From positions 1-60,562 of the IMG/VR virus record IMGVR_UViG_3300042938_001279: a DNA stretch of 60,562 bases. The stretch is one strand, 5' to 3'. Positions 36,643 through 45,185 of the stretch are shown here, in pieces. The position numbers and the translations under genes were made by a program. Below the pieces are notes generated by a model. It made no database searches. It was given only the letters and a program-made list of their open reading frames with translations, and had not been told where the DNA came from. Each line of letters starts with the position of its first letter. Within the stretch, counting starts at the first letter, position 1. The stretch comes from a virus. Lineage: Duplodnaviria > Caudoviricetes.

Positions 36643-37694
36643 GGGTAGCTACCGGGTTCCCCTCCGTCGAGGATCAGTGGTCCTGGGCTGGATGGCGAGC
36701 CGCCGTCCAGCGTGTTTCCTGAAGTCGATCCGCTGCTTCCCGAAGAGCCGGGCCCGGAGCCTGCGTTGTCTGCCCCGGGCCTCAGGTACCAGTACGAGTA
36801 GTAGCCAAACCGAGAGTCACGGCGACCCGAGATAGGAGCCTTGGAGTCTCGCTCGAACGCCAGCCTCAGGTCTCTTCCGTAGACTCCCATTGCCCCTTCG
36901 ATGTTTTTTCCAGTCAGCCTCGCCAACCATGTCTCGGCGCCCGACAACAAAGCAGTGTACATCTGGGGAGAAATGTCCAAGTAGTCAGTGATGATGTACT
37001 TGGTGTTCTGGTACTGAAGCGGTCCGGCCGGGCTCCATGCAGAAAGCTCGCCCGCACTGGTGACTGCATAGATCAACGCCTCATCGGAGTACCCGTTCAT
37101 GCCAGCGAGGCTTTCTGGATGAATTGCCGGGTCTCCTGAGAATCGGATCAGGCTTCCCGTCATCAGCTTTGAGAACTTCGTGTCTGTTCCGTGGGTGATG
37201 ACGCCGTCTGTTGTCACGGTTCCACACCTGGCTTGATCCTCCCATCCGGTGAATCTCAAGTCCCTCGGACGACGACGGTAGGTGAGCGTCATCGACGTGT
37301 CATAGGCCCATCCGTTGAAGACCCTCATCTCCCATCGGTCTGGCATGGAGATCGAAGGAGTGATCGTCCACACGATGTGAACCAACGACCTGAAGGTGGT
37401 GTTGATCAGTCGCTCAAACTCCATCGGGGAGACGTATTCGGCAACGATTCCCGTGGTTGGGAGAGCGACAGCATCGACGGAGCTTACGCCCCACGGGAGC
37501 TTGTAGCTGATGACTTGGTTGGAGGACGGAAGGGAAATGTTGTCCGTGCTGTGATACCAATCCCAAGATCGCACTTCCACCAAGTCTCTGTAGGCATGGA
37601 ACAGGGACTGCCTAAGAACTCGATGCTCTTGGTCTTGAGCTCCTCCGCCCACTGAAGACATGAGGTATTCGATGGCGTCGATCGCGGCGTACAT
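36639..37694 (-). CDS. head-tail adaptor / tail tubular protein A-like
   Basis: AYRDLVEVRSWDWY...LTYRRRP pattern and position. Confidence 0.65.
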   Translation of the reverse strand: MYAAIDAIEYLMSSVGGGAQDQEHRVLRQSLFHAYRDLVEVRSWDWYHSTDNISLPSSNQVISYKLPWGVSSVDAVALPTTGIVAEYVSPMEFERLINTTFRSLVHIVWTITPSISMPDRWEMRVFNGWAYDTSMTLTYRRRPRDLRFTGWEDQARCGTVTTDGVITHGTDTKFSKLMTGSLIRFSGDPAIHPESLAGMNGYSDEALIYAVTSAGELSAWSPAGPLQYQNTKYIITDYLDISPQMYTALLSGAETWLARLTGKNIEGAMGVYGRDLRLAFERDSKAPISGRRDSRFGYYSYWYLRPGADNAGSGPGSSGSSGSTSGNTLDGGSPSSPGPLILDGGEPGSYP

Positions 37695-37697
37695 GGA

Positions 37698-40022
37698 TCA
37701 CCCCGTGTAGCAGATGTTGTTGACAAACGGGCTGACGCGATAGTTCGTCGTCACCTGAGAGCCAGCCGAGACGAACTTATTGGCGCCGTAGGCTAGACCG
37801 TTCCATGCCGGAACCGCATTGGACTGGATCGGCATGACGGTGTTCCGAATGGTCCAGGTCACGCCGTCCGGGCTGGTGATGCAGGTTGCCTGTCCGTTGA
37901 GAGCCATGAAAAGGCCATTGCCGTAGGCCAAGCCCCTCCATTCCGACGAGGTTCCAATCGTCCTTGCAGTCCAGGCTGTGCCGTTCGTGCTGGTGTAGGC
38001 CGTCCCTCCACCGTAGGGCACCATGACGTAGAGCGAGCCGCTGTATGCGACCTCGAACGGGGCCGCTGCCGCAGTCCCGAAGTAGAAGTCTGCGCCCGCC
38101 AGCGTGACCTTGGTCCAGACGGCACCGTCCGTGGACGAATAGAAAAAGCCGTCCGTGAGTCTGGCAAACCACCGGCCGCCTGAGAACCTGATTTCTGCGT
38201 TGTTCCAGGCGGTGTTGTTCGTTGCCCCCGAGATGCTCGTGGAAATGGCAGTGAGCTGCCCGTTGAAAAACTGCCACAGGGCGCCAGAGGGGGCAGTGAC
38301 TGCGCCCGCCCACCCAGGGTCCGAAGGCCTTGCCGTGATGAGAAAGCGGTTCACTCCGAAGTCATAAGACCGAGCCTCGGAGAAACCCGGGGTTCCAGCC
38401 GACCACACAGGCGCCGCTACACCCCAGGTCATTCCATCGATCGAAGTCCCGACAGACATTGAGTTCCTTCCCAGAACCCAGCAGTCGTTGATTGCGAGGA
38501 ACAGCCCGCCGCCACGAGCAATCCGGCTGAACCGAGACGACACTGGGACCGGAGAAGGGCACGCCTGCCACGCAACCCCGTCCACGGAGTACGAATACCC
38601 GGTCGTGAACAGGCCTCCTGAAATGTCGCCGTCTGGGGCGTAGCTCAGGGCACCAAGCCTGCTGTAGCCAGAGGTATTCCACGGGTAATCTGTGGTCCCG
38701 GAGGCGAGCTTCCAGGACGATCCGTTGACCGTTGGCGCAGACCCAACAGTGACCGTAGCGATCTGGCTGAAGACTGTGCCAACGCTGCTGGTCGTGGCGG
38801 TGTTGCGATACCTGGCGCCGTTGTCTCCCGTGGAGACCGCGACCGTGAGCGATGTCGAGTTTGCTCCCGAGATTGCAGCCCAAGTCGAGCCACCGGCAGC
38901 CATCTTCTGCCAGGCGTAGACGATAGGGCTCTCGGTGGACTGAGCGATTGCCGTGAGCGTGATCGTGGCGCCCGATGTGACGGTGGTGTCGGCGGGGTTG
39001 GTCGTGAAGACCGTGGACTGCTGCGTGGCTGCGGCACTTGGAAGAACGAGGTTCAGCACGAAGTTTGGTGAAGTGCCAGTGATCGATGCAGAGGCTGCGG
39101 CTCCGGTCGAGACAGTGCCGATGGTCAGGGTTGGGCTCGGGCCAGCGGGCCCTTGGCTTCCGGCCACGCCTTGCAGACCCGGGATTCCCTGCGACCCGGT
39201 CGGACCCTGGGCTCCAGCCACTCCGGCGGCACCGGCCGGACCCACTGGGCCACGAAGCTGCCCGATGTCGAGCCAGCCGTTGGCCTGCATGGTGTTTGAG
39301 GTGGAGCCGCCGACGTAGAGGAAGCCGTCCCCGGTGGCACCGGCAGACGGGGTTCCAGACGGGATGGTCGTTCCAAGAATCCAGAGGTCACCTAAGGCCG
39401 GAGATGAGGCGGGAGGCCAGACCGTGATGATGCCGCGAATGACAGCAGCGGCTCCTCTTTCTCCCTGGGGTCCGGCCGCTCCAGTCGGGCCCGCCACGCC
39501 TTGGGGTCCCGCTGGACCAGCACTGCCCGTGTCGCCCTTGGGGAGGACGAGGCTGAGCGTGAGGTTCGGAGCGGTGCCCGAGAACGTGGCTGACGGCGTG
39601 GTCCCAGAGGTCACAGTGCCGATCGTGATTGCCGTGGCAGCCCCAGCAACGCCAGACTCGCCCTTGGGAAGGACCAGGTTCAAGATGGGGTTTTCTGCCG
39701 TCCCGGTGATGGTCGCACTGGCGGCCGTACCCTGAGACACAGAGCCGATGCTGATGGGGGCCGCGGAGCCGGGGTCTCCCTTTGGGCCAGCGGGGCCATC
39801 CGGGCCAGCCGGGCCGACGCTACCGGCCGGGCCAGCGATGCCAGGCAGGCCGCGGTCGGACTTGTAGGGCAGGTTGTTCCAGGTGGTGGTGCCGTCGCCC
39901 AGCTTGAAGCGGCCGGTGTCCTCCTCAACGCCAAACTCGGCACTGCCGAGCACCGGGTTGTCGAAGACCCACTCCATGGAGGTTCCGCGCCGAAGCAGGA
40001 TTTGCTGGTAGATCGTTGGCAT
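37698..40022 (-). CDS. tail fibre: Mtd_N/hyaluronidase-type N-terminus, collagen repeats, Ig-like domain, BNR-like propeller
   Basis: LRRGT..EW...NPVL..GE.GVE.DT..FK.GDG...W..LPY-type motif, GPAG repeats, YAWQK/RYR Ig, S.DG..W repeats. Confidence 0.85.
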   Translation of the reverse strand: MPTIYQQILLRRGTSMEWVFDNPVLGSAEFGVEEDTGRFKLGDGTTTWNNLPYKSDRGLPGIAGPAGSVGPAGPDGPAGPKGDPGSAAPISIGSVSQGTAASATITGTAENPILNLVLPKGESGVAGAATAITIGTVTSGTTPSATFSGTAPNLTLSLVLPKGDTGSAGPAGPQGVAGPTGAAGPQGERGAAAVIRGIITVWPPASSPALGDLWILGTTIPSGTPSAGATGDGFLYVGGSTSNTMQANGWLDIGQLRGPVGPAGAAGVAGAQGPTGSQGIPGLQGVAGSQGPAGPSPTLTIGTVSTGAAASASITGTSPNFVLNLVLPSAAATQQSTVFTTNPADTTVTSGATITLTAIAQSTESPIVYAWQKMAAGGSTWAAISGANSTSLTVAVSTGDNGARYRNTATTSSVGTVFSQIATVTVGSAPTVNGSSWKLASGTTDYPWNTSGYSRLGALSYAPDGDISGGLFTTGYSYSVDGVAWQACPSPVPVSSRFSRIARGGGLFLAINDCWVLGRNSMSVGTSIDGMTWGVAAPVWSAGTPGFSEARSYDFGVNRFLITARPSDPGWAGAVTAPSGALWQFFNGQLTAISTSISGATNNTAWNNAEIRFSGGRWFARLTDGFFYSSTDGAVWTKVTLAGADFYFGTAAAAPFEVAYSGSLYVMVPYGGGTAYTSTNGTAWTARTIGTSSEWRGLAYGNGLFMALNGQATCITSPDGVTWTIRNTVMPIQSNAVPAWNGLAYGANKFVSAGSQVTTNYRVSPFVNNICYTG

Positions 40023-40040
40023 GCCCGGCCTCTTCCTCTG

Positions 40041-40050
40041 TTTATGTCGC
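40041..40050 (-). promoter_or_regulatory. putative late promoter core GCGACATAAA
   Basis: Core motif 19 nt upstream of the tail fibre ATG. Confidence 0.6.
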
Positions 40051-40058
40051 TACCTAGA

Positions 40059-40205
40059 TCACGATCGCCACGCAGACGCCGTCCTCGGAAACGCCGTCCC
40101 GGCCACCCAGACGCCGTCTTGCTTCTTCCACACTCGACCGGCCTTCCACACGCCAGACACGCGAACCCACGCAATCACTTGCTGACGCAGGATCGTGAGC
40201 AGCAT
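40059..40205 (-). CDS. small Trp/Lys-rich tail-associated protein (48 aa)
   Basis: GGAGG RBS, WVRVSGVWK...KQDGVW. Confidence 0.6.
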   Translation of the reverse strand: MLLTILRQQVIAWVRVSGVWKAGRVWKKQDGVWVAGTAFPRTASAWRS

Positions 40206-40206
40206 G

Positions 40207-40365
40207 TCACGCCTCCAGCTTTGCGAGTGTCGTTCTCGTGGACTCGATGGCTGTGTCGGTTCGCACGACGCCGTCCACGTCCCCAATAGAGGACAGATCG
40301 ACGCGCTGCTTTTCCAAGTGCGCAATCTTCCTTCGCAGAAGCTCTGACAGTTCCGGTATTGTCAT
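40207..40365 (-). CDS. small coiled-coil protein (52 aa), not in the ORF track
   Basis: TAATG coupling. MTIPELSELLRRKIAHLEKQR...AKLEA*. Confidence 0.6.
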   Translation of the reverse strand: MTIPELSELLRRKIAHLEKQRVDLSSIGDVDGVVRTDTAIESTRTTLAKLEA

Positions 40366-41789
40366 TAATACACCATTTGTCTCATGACGATCGACAGTGC
40401 GTTGGTCATAAAGTACACGAAGGGAATGTCTGTGCTGCCGTCACGATAGCGATGGACCCAGGCTCTGTTTCCGACAGAGGCAACGCCTTGCGTGTAGAGC
40501 ATTGTGGTCCATCCGTCCATCTCTCCAGTGGCGACGTCAAGCCGAAACCACCTACCCGTCGATTCCTTTTGGATGTAGATGTAGCCGTTTGCGTAGGCGT
40601 AGGAAGTCCCGATATTGAACGTCTCAGTTGCGGGAGCGTATAGCGCACCTGTCACCCAGGTGTTAGACGGGATGTCGTAATAGTCGAGGGCCGCGCCTGC
40701 CGAACCGCGAAACGCATAGATTCTGCGTCCGTTCAGGATTGCTGATTCGGACGCCCAGGCTGCATCGGTGGCGTTGAACACCCATATCGATTCAAACGAC
40801 GCGCTTCCGAGAGACGAGTTCGCAAGACTGGTCCACGCATTGCTCGCAGTTGAGTAGCGGTACATAATTCCGCCACCAGACGTCTTCAAGTACAAGAAGT
40901 CGTCGTTGCCTTCGATAGAGTAGGCCGAGGTGGCGTCGGGAGTTGTCGTCCACGCAGCGCCTACGGTAATGGAAGTGCCAGTGCTGGCACTGATCGTTCT
41001 GATCTGCCCGGCGCCCGTTCCAGAAACGATGCGAATCTGGTAGTTCACCCACTGGCTTGCCGTCCACGACTTTGATGTGTCGTTGAGCGTCGTTGAAGTA
41101 TTCGTGCCGCTCGACGTCCCTGTCCCAAAGGCGACCCGCCCTGTCCCTTGCCAAGAAGGGGTTGCCGTGAATCCGCTGTCATTGTTGATTGCCGGGAGGC
41201 CCGTGATGCCTATCGAGGTCCATGTGTTCGTTGCGAAGTCATAGAACCGCACGGACCCAGCGCCGACGGTCCCAGCGCACATGGCAAACCACCTCGGCGT
41301 CATAAGGCGGAAAGTCGTGGAAGCCGTGAAGGCAGCCGCCTGGGCAGCAACCGTGATGGTGGAGTTGGTGCCGGTCGTGTTTCGCAGGATCGGGATCGTG
41401 GCCCCAGCGTTCGGTCCCGACATGATGAAAAGACTGAAGCCCCTGAGGTCGCGGGCGAGGCTCAGCGTCGTAGCGATGGTGGTCGTGGTGCCGCCAGTGG
41501 CTGCAATCGAAGAGGCGCCAGCCGTGGGCCCGGCGCTCCAGTTCGTCCCCGCGACCGCTGCGCCACCAGCGACAGTTGATGCCAGGGCGGGGGACGGGAG
41601 CAGCACCCATCCTTCGCTTGCAGCGTTGAAGAGGTAGGCGACAGTTTGGCTTTGCACCAAAAGCGCCATTTGCTGAATGTTGTCCACTGCCGCAATTTCG
41701 CACCCGGGAACGTTCGCCACCGGGGATGGCGTCACCCATTCCCATCGCTTCTGGTCGAGGATTGCCCGGTTGCCTTGAGTCGTTGGCAT
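40365..41789 (-). CDS. tail-associated beta-rich (Kelch-like) protein
   Basis: YD..TNTW repeats, IRIVSGTGAGQ.RTI motif. Confidence 0.7.
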   Translation of the reverse strand: MPTTQGNRAILDQKRWEWVTPSPVANVPGCEIAAVDNIQQMALLVQSQTVAYLFNAASEGWVLLPSPALASTVAGGAAVAGTNWSAGPTAGASSIAATGGTTTTIATTLSLARDLRGFSLFIMSGPNAGATIPILRNTTGTNSTITVAAQAAAFTASTTFRLMTPRWFAMCAGTVGAGSVRFYDFATNTWTSIGITGLPAINNDSGFTATPSWQGTGRVAFGTGTSSGTNTSTTLNDTSKSWTASQWVNYQIRIVSGTGAGQIRTISASTGTSITVGAAWTTTPDATSAYSIEGNDDFLYLKTSGGGIMYRYSTASNAWTSLANSSLGSASFESIWVFNATDAAWASESAILNGRRIYAFRGSAGAALDYYDIPSNTWVTGALYAPATETFNIGTSYAYANGYIYIQKESTGRWFRLDVATGEMDGWTTMLYTQGVASVGNRAWVHRYRDGSTDIPFVYFMTNALSIVMRQMVY

Positions 41790-41790
41790 G

Positions 41791-42267
41791 TCAGCTCACC
41801 GTGATGTTTTGGCGGAGGGAGGCTGCCGACATTCGGAGGAACGCCGGAATCACATCGAGAGCCGCCAAGCCGCCGATGTTTACTTGATTGGTAAGAGTTG
41901 AAACGGTGGTCACTCCAGTGACAGCCGTGACAGTGGCGACAGCAGTAACGCCGCTCACTGCGGTCACGGTATTGACGGTCCCCAGGCTTGAATCGACACC
42001 CAGGATGGCTCGCATCTTGCCCGAGACATCAGGCTGCGTGGTCGCCATCTGGCTCACGAGGATGCCGAGCCGAAAGCGGAGTGCCTCCAACGCTTCGATG
42101 AGTTCACCGACCGCAGCGACTGGCAGCGGATTGCTTGAAGACACCGAGCCTTCGCTCACGCCGTCGCCGCCGAGCGTCAGCTTGACCTGCTGGTGCAGAA
42201 CGCCACCAACATCGTCGGCAGCGATTGCTGCTCCTACTCCCGGCGTGATGTTCACGTTGTCAGGCAT
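41791..42267 (-). CDS. tail-associated protein with V/T repeats
   Basis: TVTAVSGVTAVATVTAVTGVTTV. Confidence 0.65.
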   Translation of the reverse strand: MPDNVNITPGVGAAIAADDVGGVLHQQVKLTLGGDGVSEGSVSSSNPLPVAAVGELIEALEALRFRLGILVSQMATTQPDVSGKMRAILGVDSSLGTVNTVTAVSGVTAVATVTAVTGVTTVSTLTNQVNIGGLAALDVIPAFLRMSAASLRQNITVS

Positions 42268-42270
42268 GCG

Positions 42271-42705
42271 TCACCCTGGGTACTGGATGTAGATGTCGCC
42301 GTCAGCGCCGCCCGATGGCAGGGCCGTGCCGCTGGTGATCTTTGTCTGGGCGTCAGTGATGCTGTATCCGGTGAGCGTCGTGGGCTTGTCGGTCAGGTCG
42401 TTGAAGGACGACACGCCGCCGCCGCCGCCGGATGGAGCGGGGAAGAAGCTGGCGTCATACTCGTCCTGAGTCAGCTCCTTGGCCTTCTTCACCGTGGCCA
42501 GCCCTGAGAACGCAACTAGGAGCGATTCGTAGCCCGGCTGGTTGTCGGTGAGGGACAGCAGCACTCGTCCCTTCTGGTCTTGCGGGGCCGTGGCGTAGGG
42601 GCTGATACAGGTCAGGCTGCCGGAGAAGCCAATCTGGCTGTCCACGCTGGCCCGAATCGCTTCGTACTCAGCGTTGGTGTCGAGGTTGAGGCGGAAGAAC
42701 TTCAT
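42271..42705 (-). CDS. tail fibre-related protein
   Basis: KPTTLTGYSITDA and PSGGADGDIYIQY motifs. Confidence 0.65.
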   Translation of the reverse strand: MKFFRLNLDTNAEYEAIRASVDSQIGFSGSLTCISPYATAPQDQKGRVLLSLTDNQPGYESLLVAFSGLATVKKAKELTQDEYDASFFPAPSGGGGGVSSFNDLTDKPTTLTGYSITDAQTKITSGTALPSGGADGDIYIQYPG

Positions 42706-43358
42706 GCGACCCCCCATTTCTCGGCGAGCTCGGCGTAGATCGACGCCTCCTGGCTGGTGGTGAGGCTGGAGTACAGGCGGATTTCGTTGATGCTCCCGTC
42801 CAGGAACCGAATGGGGGCGCTGGAGTTAGCCGCTCCGATCATCGAGAGCGATCCCGTGACGGTGATCGGTGACGAGACCGCTGAGGTCGATGCAGCGAAG
42901 CTGTTCTGCTTCACGAGGCTGGGGCCAACGGTGAGGATTCGCTTCGCACCTGTCGCCAGGACCCCACCCTTGACATGCGTGGAGCCTGACGAAACCAAGA
43001 TCGGACCCTGGGTGGCGTCGTTGTTGCTCGCCACCATGGCCGCTTGGGTGTTGGCGCCGCTGAGGAGCTGAAGGATCGTGCCGTAGGTCGAGCCGCCCGC
43101 CCGGGAGCCCACGATGAAAGCCCTCCAGGTTGCCCCGGGGCTGATCTGCGGCAGCGTCAGGCAGGCGTACTCGCCGTCAAACTGGACCGCCGGGTGCTGG
43201 CCGAGGACAGCGATGGGGCGGTTGAACTTGGACGGGGCACTGGCAACACCCCAGGAGTCCACGGGGCCATCTTGAGCAATGGACTTGGCGTCCAGCCACA
43301 GAAGCAGACCCGAGACAGCCCGGGGATTTCGCCTGATAGATGCAGCAGTGGAGAGCAT
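42702..43358 (-). CDS. LamG/concanavalin-like tail protein
   Basis: GLLLWLDA...FDG...FLDGSINEIRLY...LAEKWG. Confidence 0.75.
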   Translation of the reverse strand: MLSTAASIRRNPRAVSGLLLWLDAKSIAQDGPVDSWGVASAPSKFNRPIAVLGQHPAVQFDGEYACLTLPQISPGATWRAFIVGSRAGGSTYGTILQLLSGANTQAAMVASNNDATQGPILVSSGSTHVKGGVLATGAKRILTVGPSLVKQNSFAASTSAVSSPITVTGSLSMIGAANSSAPIRFLDGSINEIRLYSSLTTSQEASIYAELAEKWGVA

Positions 43359-44125
43359 CAGGCCCTCCAGCGGTTGACAACAGAGGACTTCGAGAGCCAG
43401 ACCTGGCCGCCGTCTGGCTGAAGAACAATGTCCCCGCCAGTCTGCGAGCGAACCCGGTTTGCTGCCGTCGAGGAAGCGGACTCGTTGGCGAAGGTAATCG
43501 TCCCGCCTCCGCTGGCGTTCTCGTTGCAAAACAGCACTGGCGCCGTAGCCACGATGCCAGTAATCGTGATGTTTCCGGTGCTGGTCACCCGAACGATGTC
43601 ATATCCCGAGACGTCTAGGTTGTTGCTGGAAGCGAGGGTCGTGACGAGCTCCCTGGGCAGGATCGGATCGCTGCCGTCAAGCGCATGGCTGGGTGCGTGC
43701 GAAGTTGGCGTGCGGGCGTTGGTCAGCCGGGAGTCGCCCGTGACGATGGCGTCCGTGATGCCGTATCCAGACACCGTCGTCGGGGTGCCGGTGATCGTGG
43801 ACCAGTCCTGATTGTGTGCAGCCGGGGCGAATGTTGACGGCACGCCCGACAGGCTGCCGTAGGCCACAGCCGGGCTGGTGCCAGCGGTGACGCGACCGTA
43901 CTGGTCAACCGTCACGCTGGTGTAGGTGCCCGCCGTGACGCCGCTGACTGGAAGCTGACCCACCGGGAGCGTTCCGGTGGTGAGCTGCGAGGCGTTCGTC
44001 ATCAGCGACAGCAAGGCACTGACCGCGCAACTGAACGTCGCTGAGCCAGCGGCGTTGTCGAACACGATCACGGAGCCCGATGTGGGAGTTCCCGCTGGAA
44101 ACGCTGAGAGTGTAGAGTCTGGCAT
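43358..44125 (-). CDS. tail fibre-like protein
   Basis: GVTAGTYTSVTVDQYGRVTAG, PTTVSGYGITDA, DSRLTNARTPT motifs. Confidence 0.8.
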   Translation of the reverse strand: MPDSTLSAFPAGTPTSGSVIVFDNAAGSATFSCAVSALLSLMTNASQLTTGTLPVGQLPVSGVTAGTYTSVTVDQYGRVTAGTSPAVAYGSLSGVPSTFAPAAHNQDWSTITGTPTTVSGYGITDAIVTGDSRLTNARTPTSHAPSHALDGSDPILPRELVTTLASSNNLDVSGYDIVRVTSTGNITITGIVATAPVLFCNENASGGGTITFANESASSTAANRVRSQTGGDIVLQPDGGQVWLSKSSVVNRWRA

Positions 44126-44128
44126 GGC

Positions 44129-44254
44129 TTACTTCTTGCCGATGATGTAGGTGCCGTTTTGGGCAATAAGCCTGTTCGCATTCTGCCCGGTGACGTTGAA
44201 CGGGGATTTTGGTGTGGTCGGCACACCGGCAGGGCGCATGCTTCCATTGCTCAT
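44129..44254 (-). CDS. small hypothetical protein (41 aa)
   Basis: ATGA coupling, fills the gap. Confidence 0.5.
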   Translation of the reverse strand: MSNGSMRPAGVPTTPKSPFNVTGQNANRLIAQNGTYIIGKK

Positions 44255-44583
44255 GCTTTCACCACAGCCTGAGCAGTGCAGGTGCCAGCGTTGATGACGG
44301 CGCAGACCTGAACAGCCCCGTAGGCGGCGGCCGGGATTTCGTAGGCCCTGCCCGTCACGACAGGCGTCGTCAGGGCGTTCCCAGAAGCATCGCACAGGGG
44401 GACCGCGGTGCCCCCGTCGTCAAAGCAGACGTGCCAAGTGATCGTCGTCCCGGTGACCAGCGAATTGATGAACAGGAGCCCACCGGCAGACGCTCGGTAC
44501 GGAATGCGGTAGGCCGTGGCCGCGGTCGTTCCTACAGTCCCGGCCGGAATCTGGGAGAACGATCGCAAAATCTGGCATGCCAT
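44251..44583 (-). CDS. putative structural protein
   Basis: GAGAGG RBS, first gene below the late promoter motif. Confidence 0.65.
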   Translation of the reverse strand: MACQILRSFSQIPAGTVGTTAATAYRIPYRASAGGLLFINSLVTGTTITWHVCFDDGGTAVPLCDASGNALTTPVVTGRAYEIPAAAYGAVQVCAVINAGTCTAQAVVKA

Positions 44584-44610
44584 GGGTTGGCCTCTCGTGT
44601 GGTTCTTGCT

Positions 44611-44635
44611 CCCTATTTATGTCGCCATGACGCCG
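44611..44635 (-). promoter_or_regulatory. putative late promoter
   Basis: Identical to 31952-31976. Confidence 0.7.
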
Positions 44636-44645
44636 GATTGACGCA

Positions 44646-45185
44646 CTACCTCTTCTTCTTCCAGGAAGGGGTGTGCTTTTCGACCACGAGGGCCCTGGCG
44701 TCGGATTTCTTCAAGTCCGGGTTCTTGGCCATCGCGGCTTTCGTGAGTCGCGCGATTGCCCGATTGCTGAGGGCTTTGGGCTCGGGCTTCGGTCGCTCGC
44801 TGCCCTCATGATTGACTATGCCTTGCACCGTTAGGTTTCTGGCCTTAGCAACTTTCAATACGTCGCTCGTGTCGCTGACCCAGGCCATCGGGTCCATGTG
44901 ACCCCGCTTGTCTGCTATTCCTGAGATGTACTGCTTGCCAGAGACGCTAATCCCGGCAGCCTGGGCCTCGCGGACGATCTTGTTCGCTTGGTGGACCGGC
45001 ATGTCGTTGAGCCAGCTTCCGTCCAGCCTCCCTTCCTGGAACGCGCGGTCCGTTCCCTTGGTGCCAGGGGGCTGCTGGAGAGCGCACATGATGGCAAACG
45101 CCTCCGTCTGGCCATCGAGGATCATGCGTCGATAGTGCAGCTTGACGTGCATCGGCGCGCGGGCAAGCTCGTGCGGGAATATCAC
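44646..45185 (-). CDS. conserved hypothetical protein downstream of the portal
   Basis: Coupled to the portal stop. Confidence 0.7.
   Translation of the reverse strand: MIFPHELARAPMHVKLHYRRMILDGQTEAFAIMCALQQPPGTKGTDRAFQEGRLDGSWLNDMPVHQANKIVREAQAAGISVSGKQYISGIADKRGHMDPMAWVSDTSDVLKVAKARNLTVQGIVNHEGSERPKPEPKALSNRAIARLTKAAMAKNPDLKKSDARALVVEKHTPSWKKKR

Noticed and set aside
37698-40022. Diversity-generating retroelement suggested by the Mtd_N-like domain
   Set aside because: No reverse transcriptase and no TR/VR repeat pair seen. This N-terminus is a common fibre anchor.
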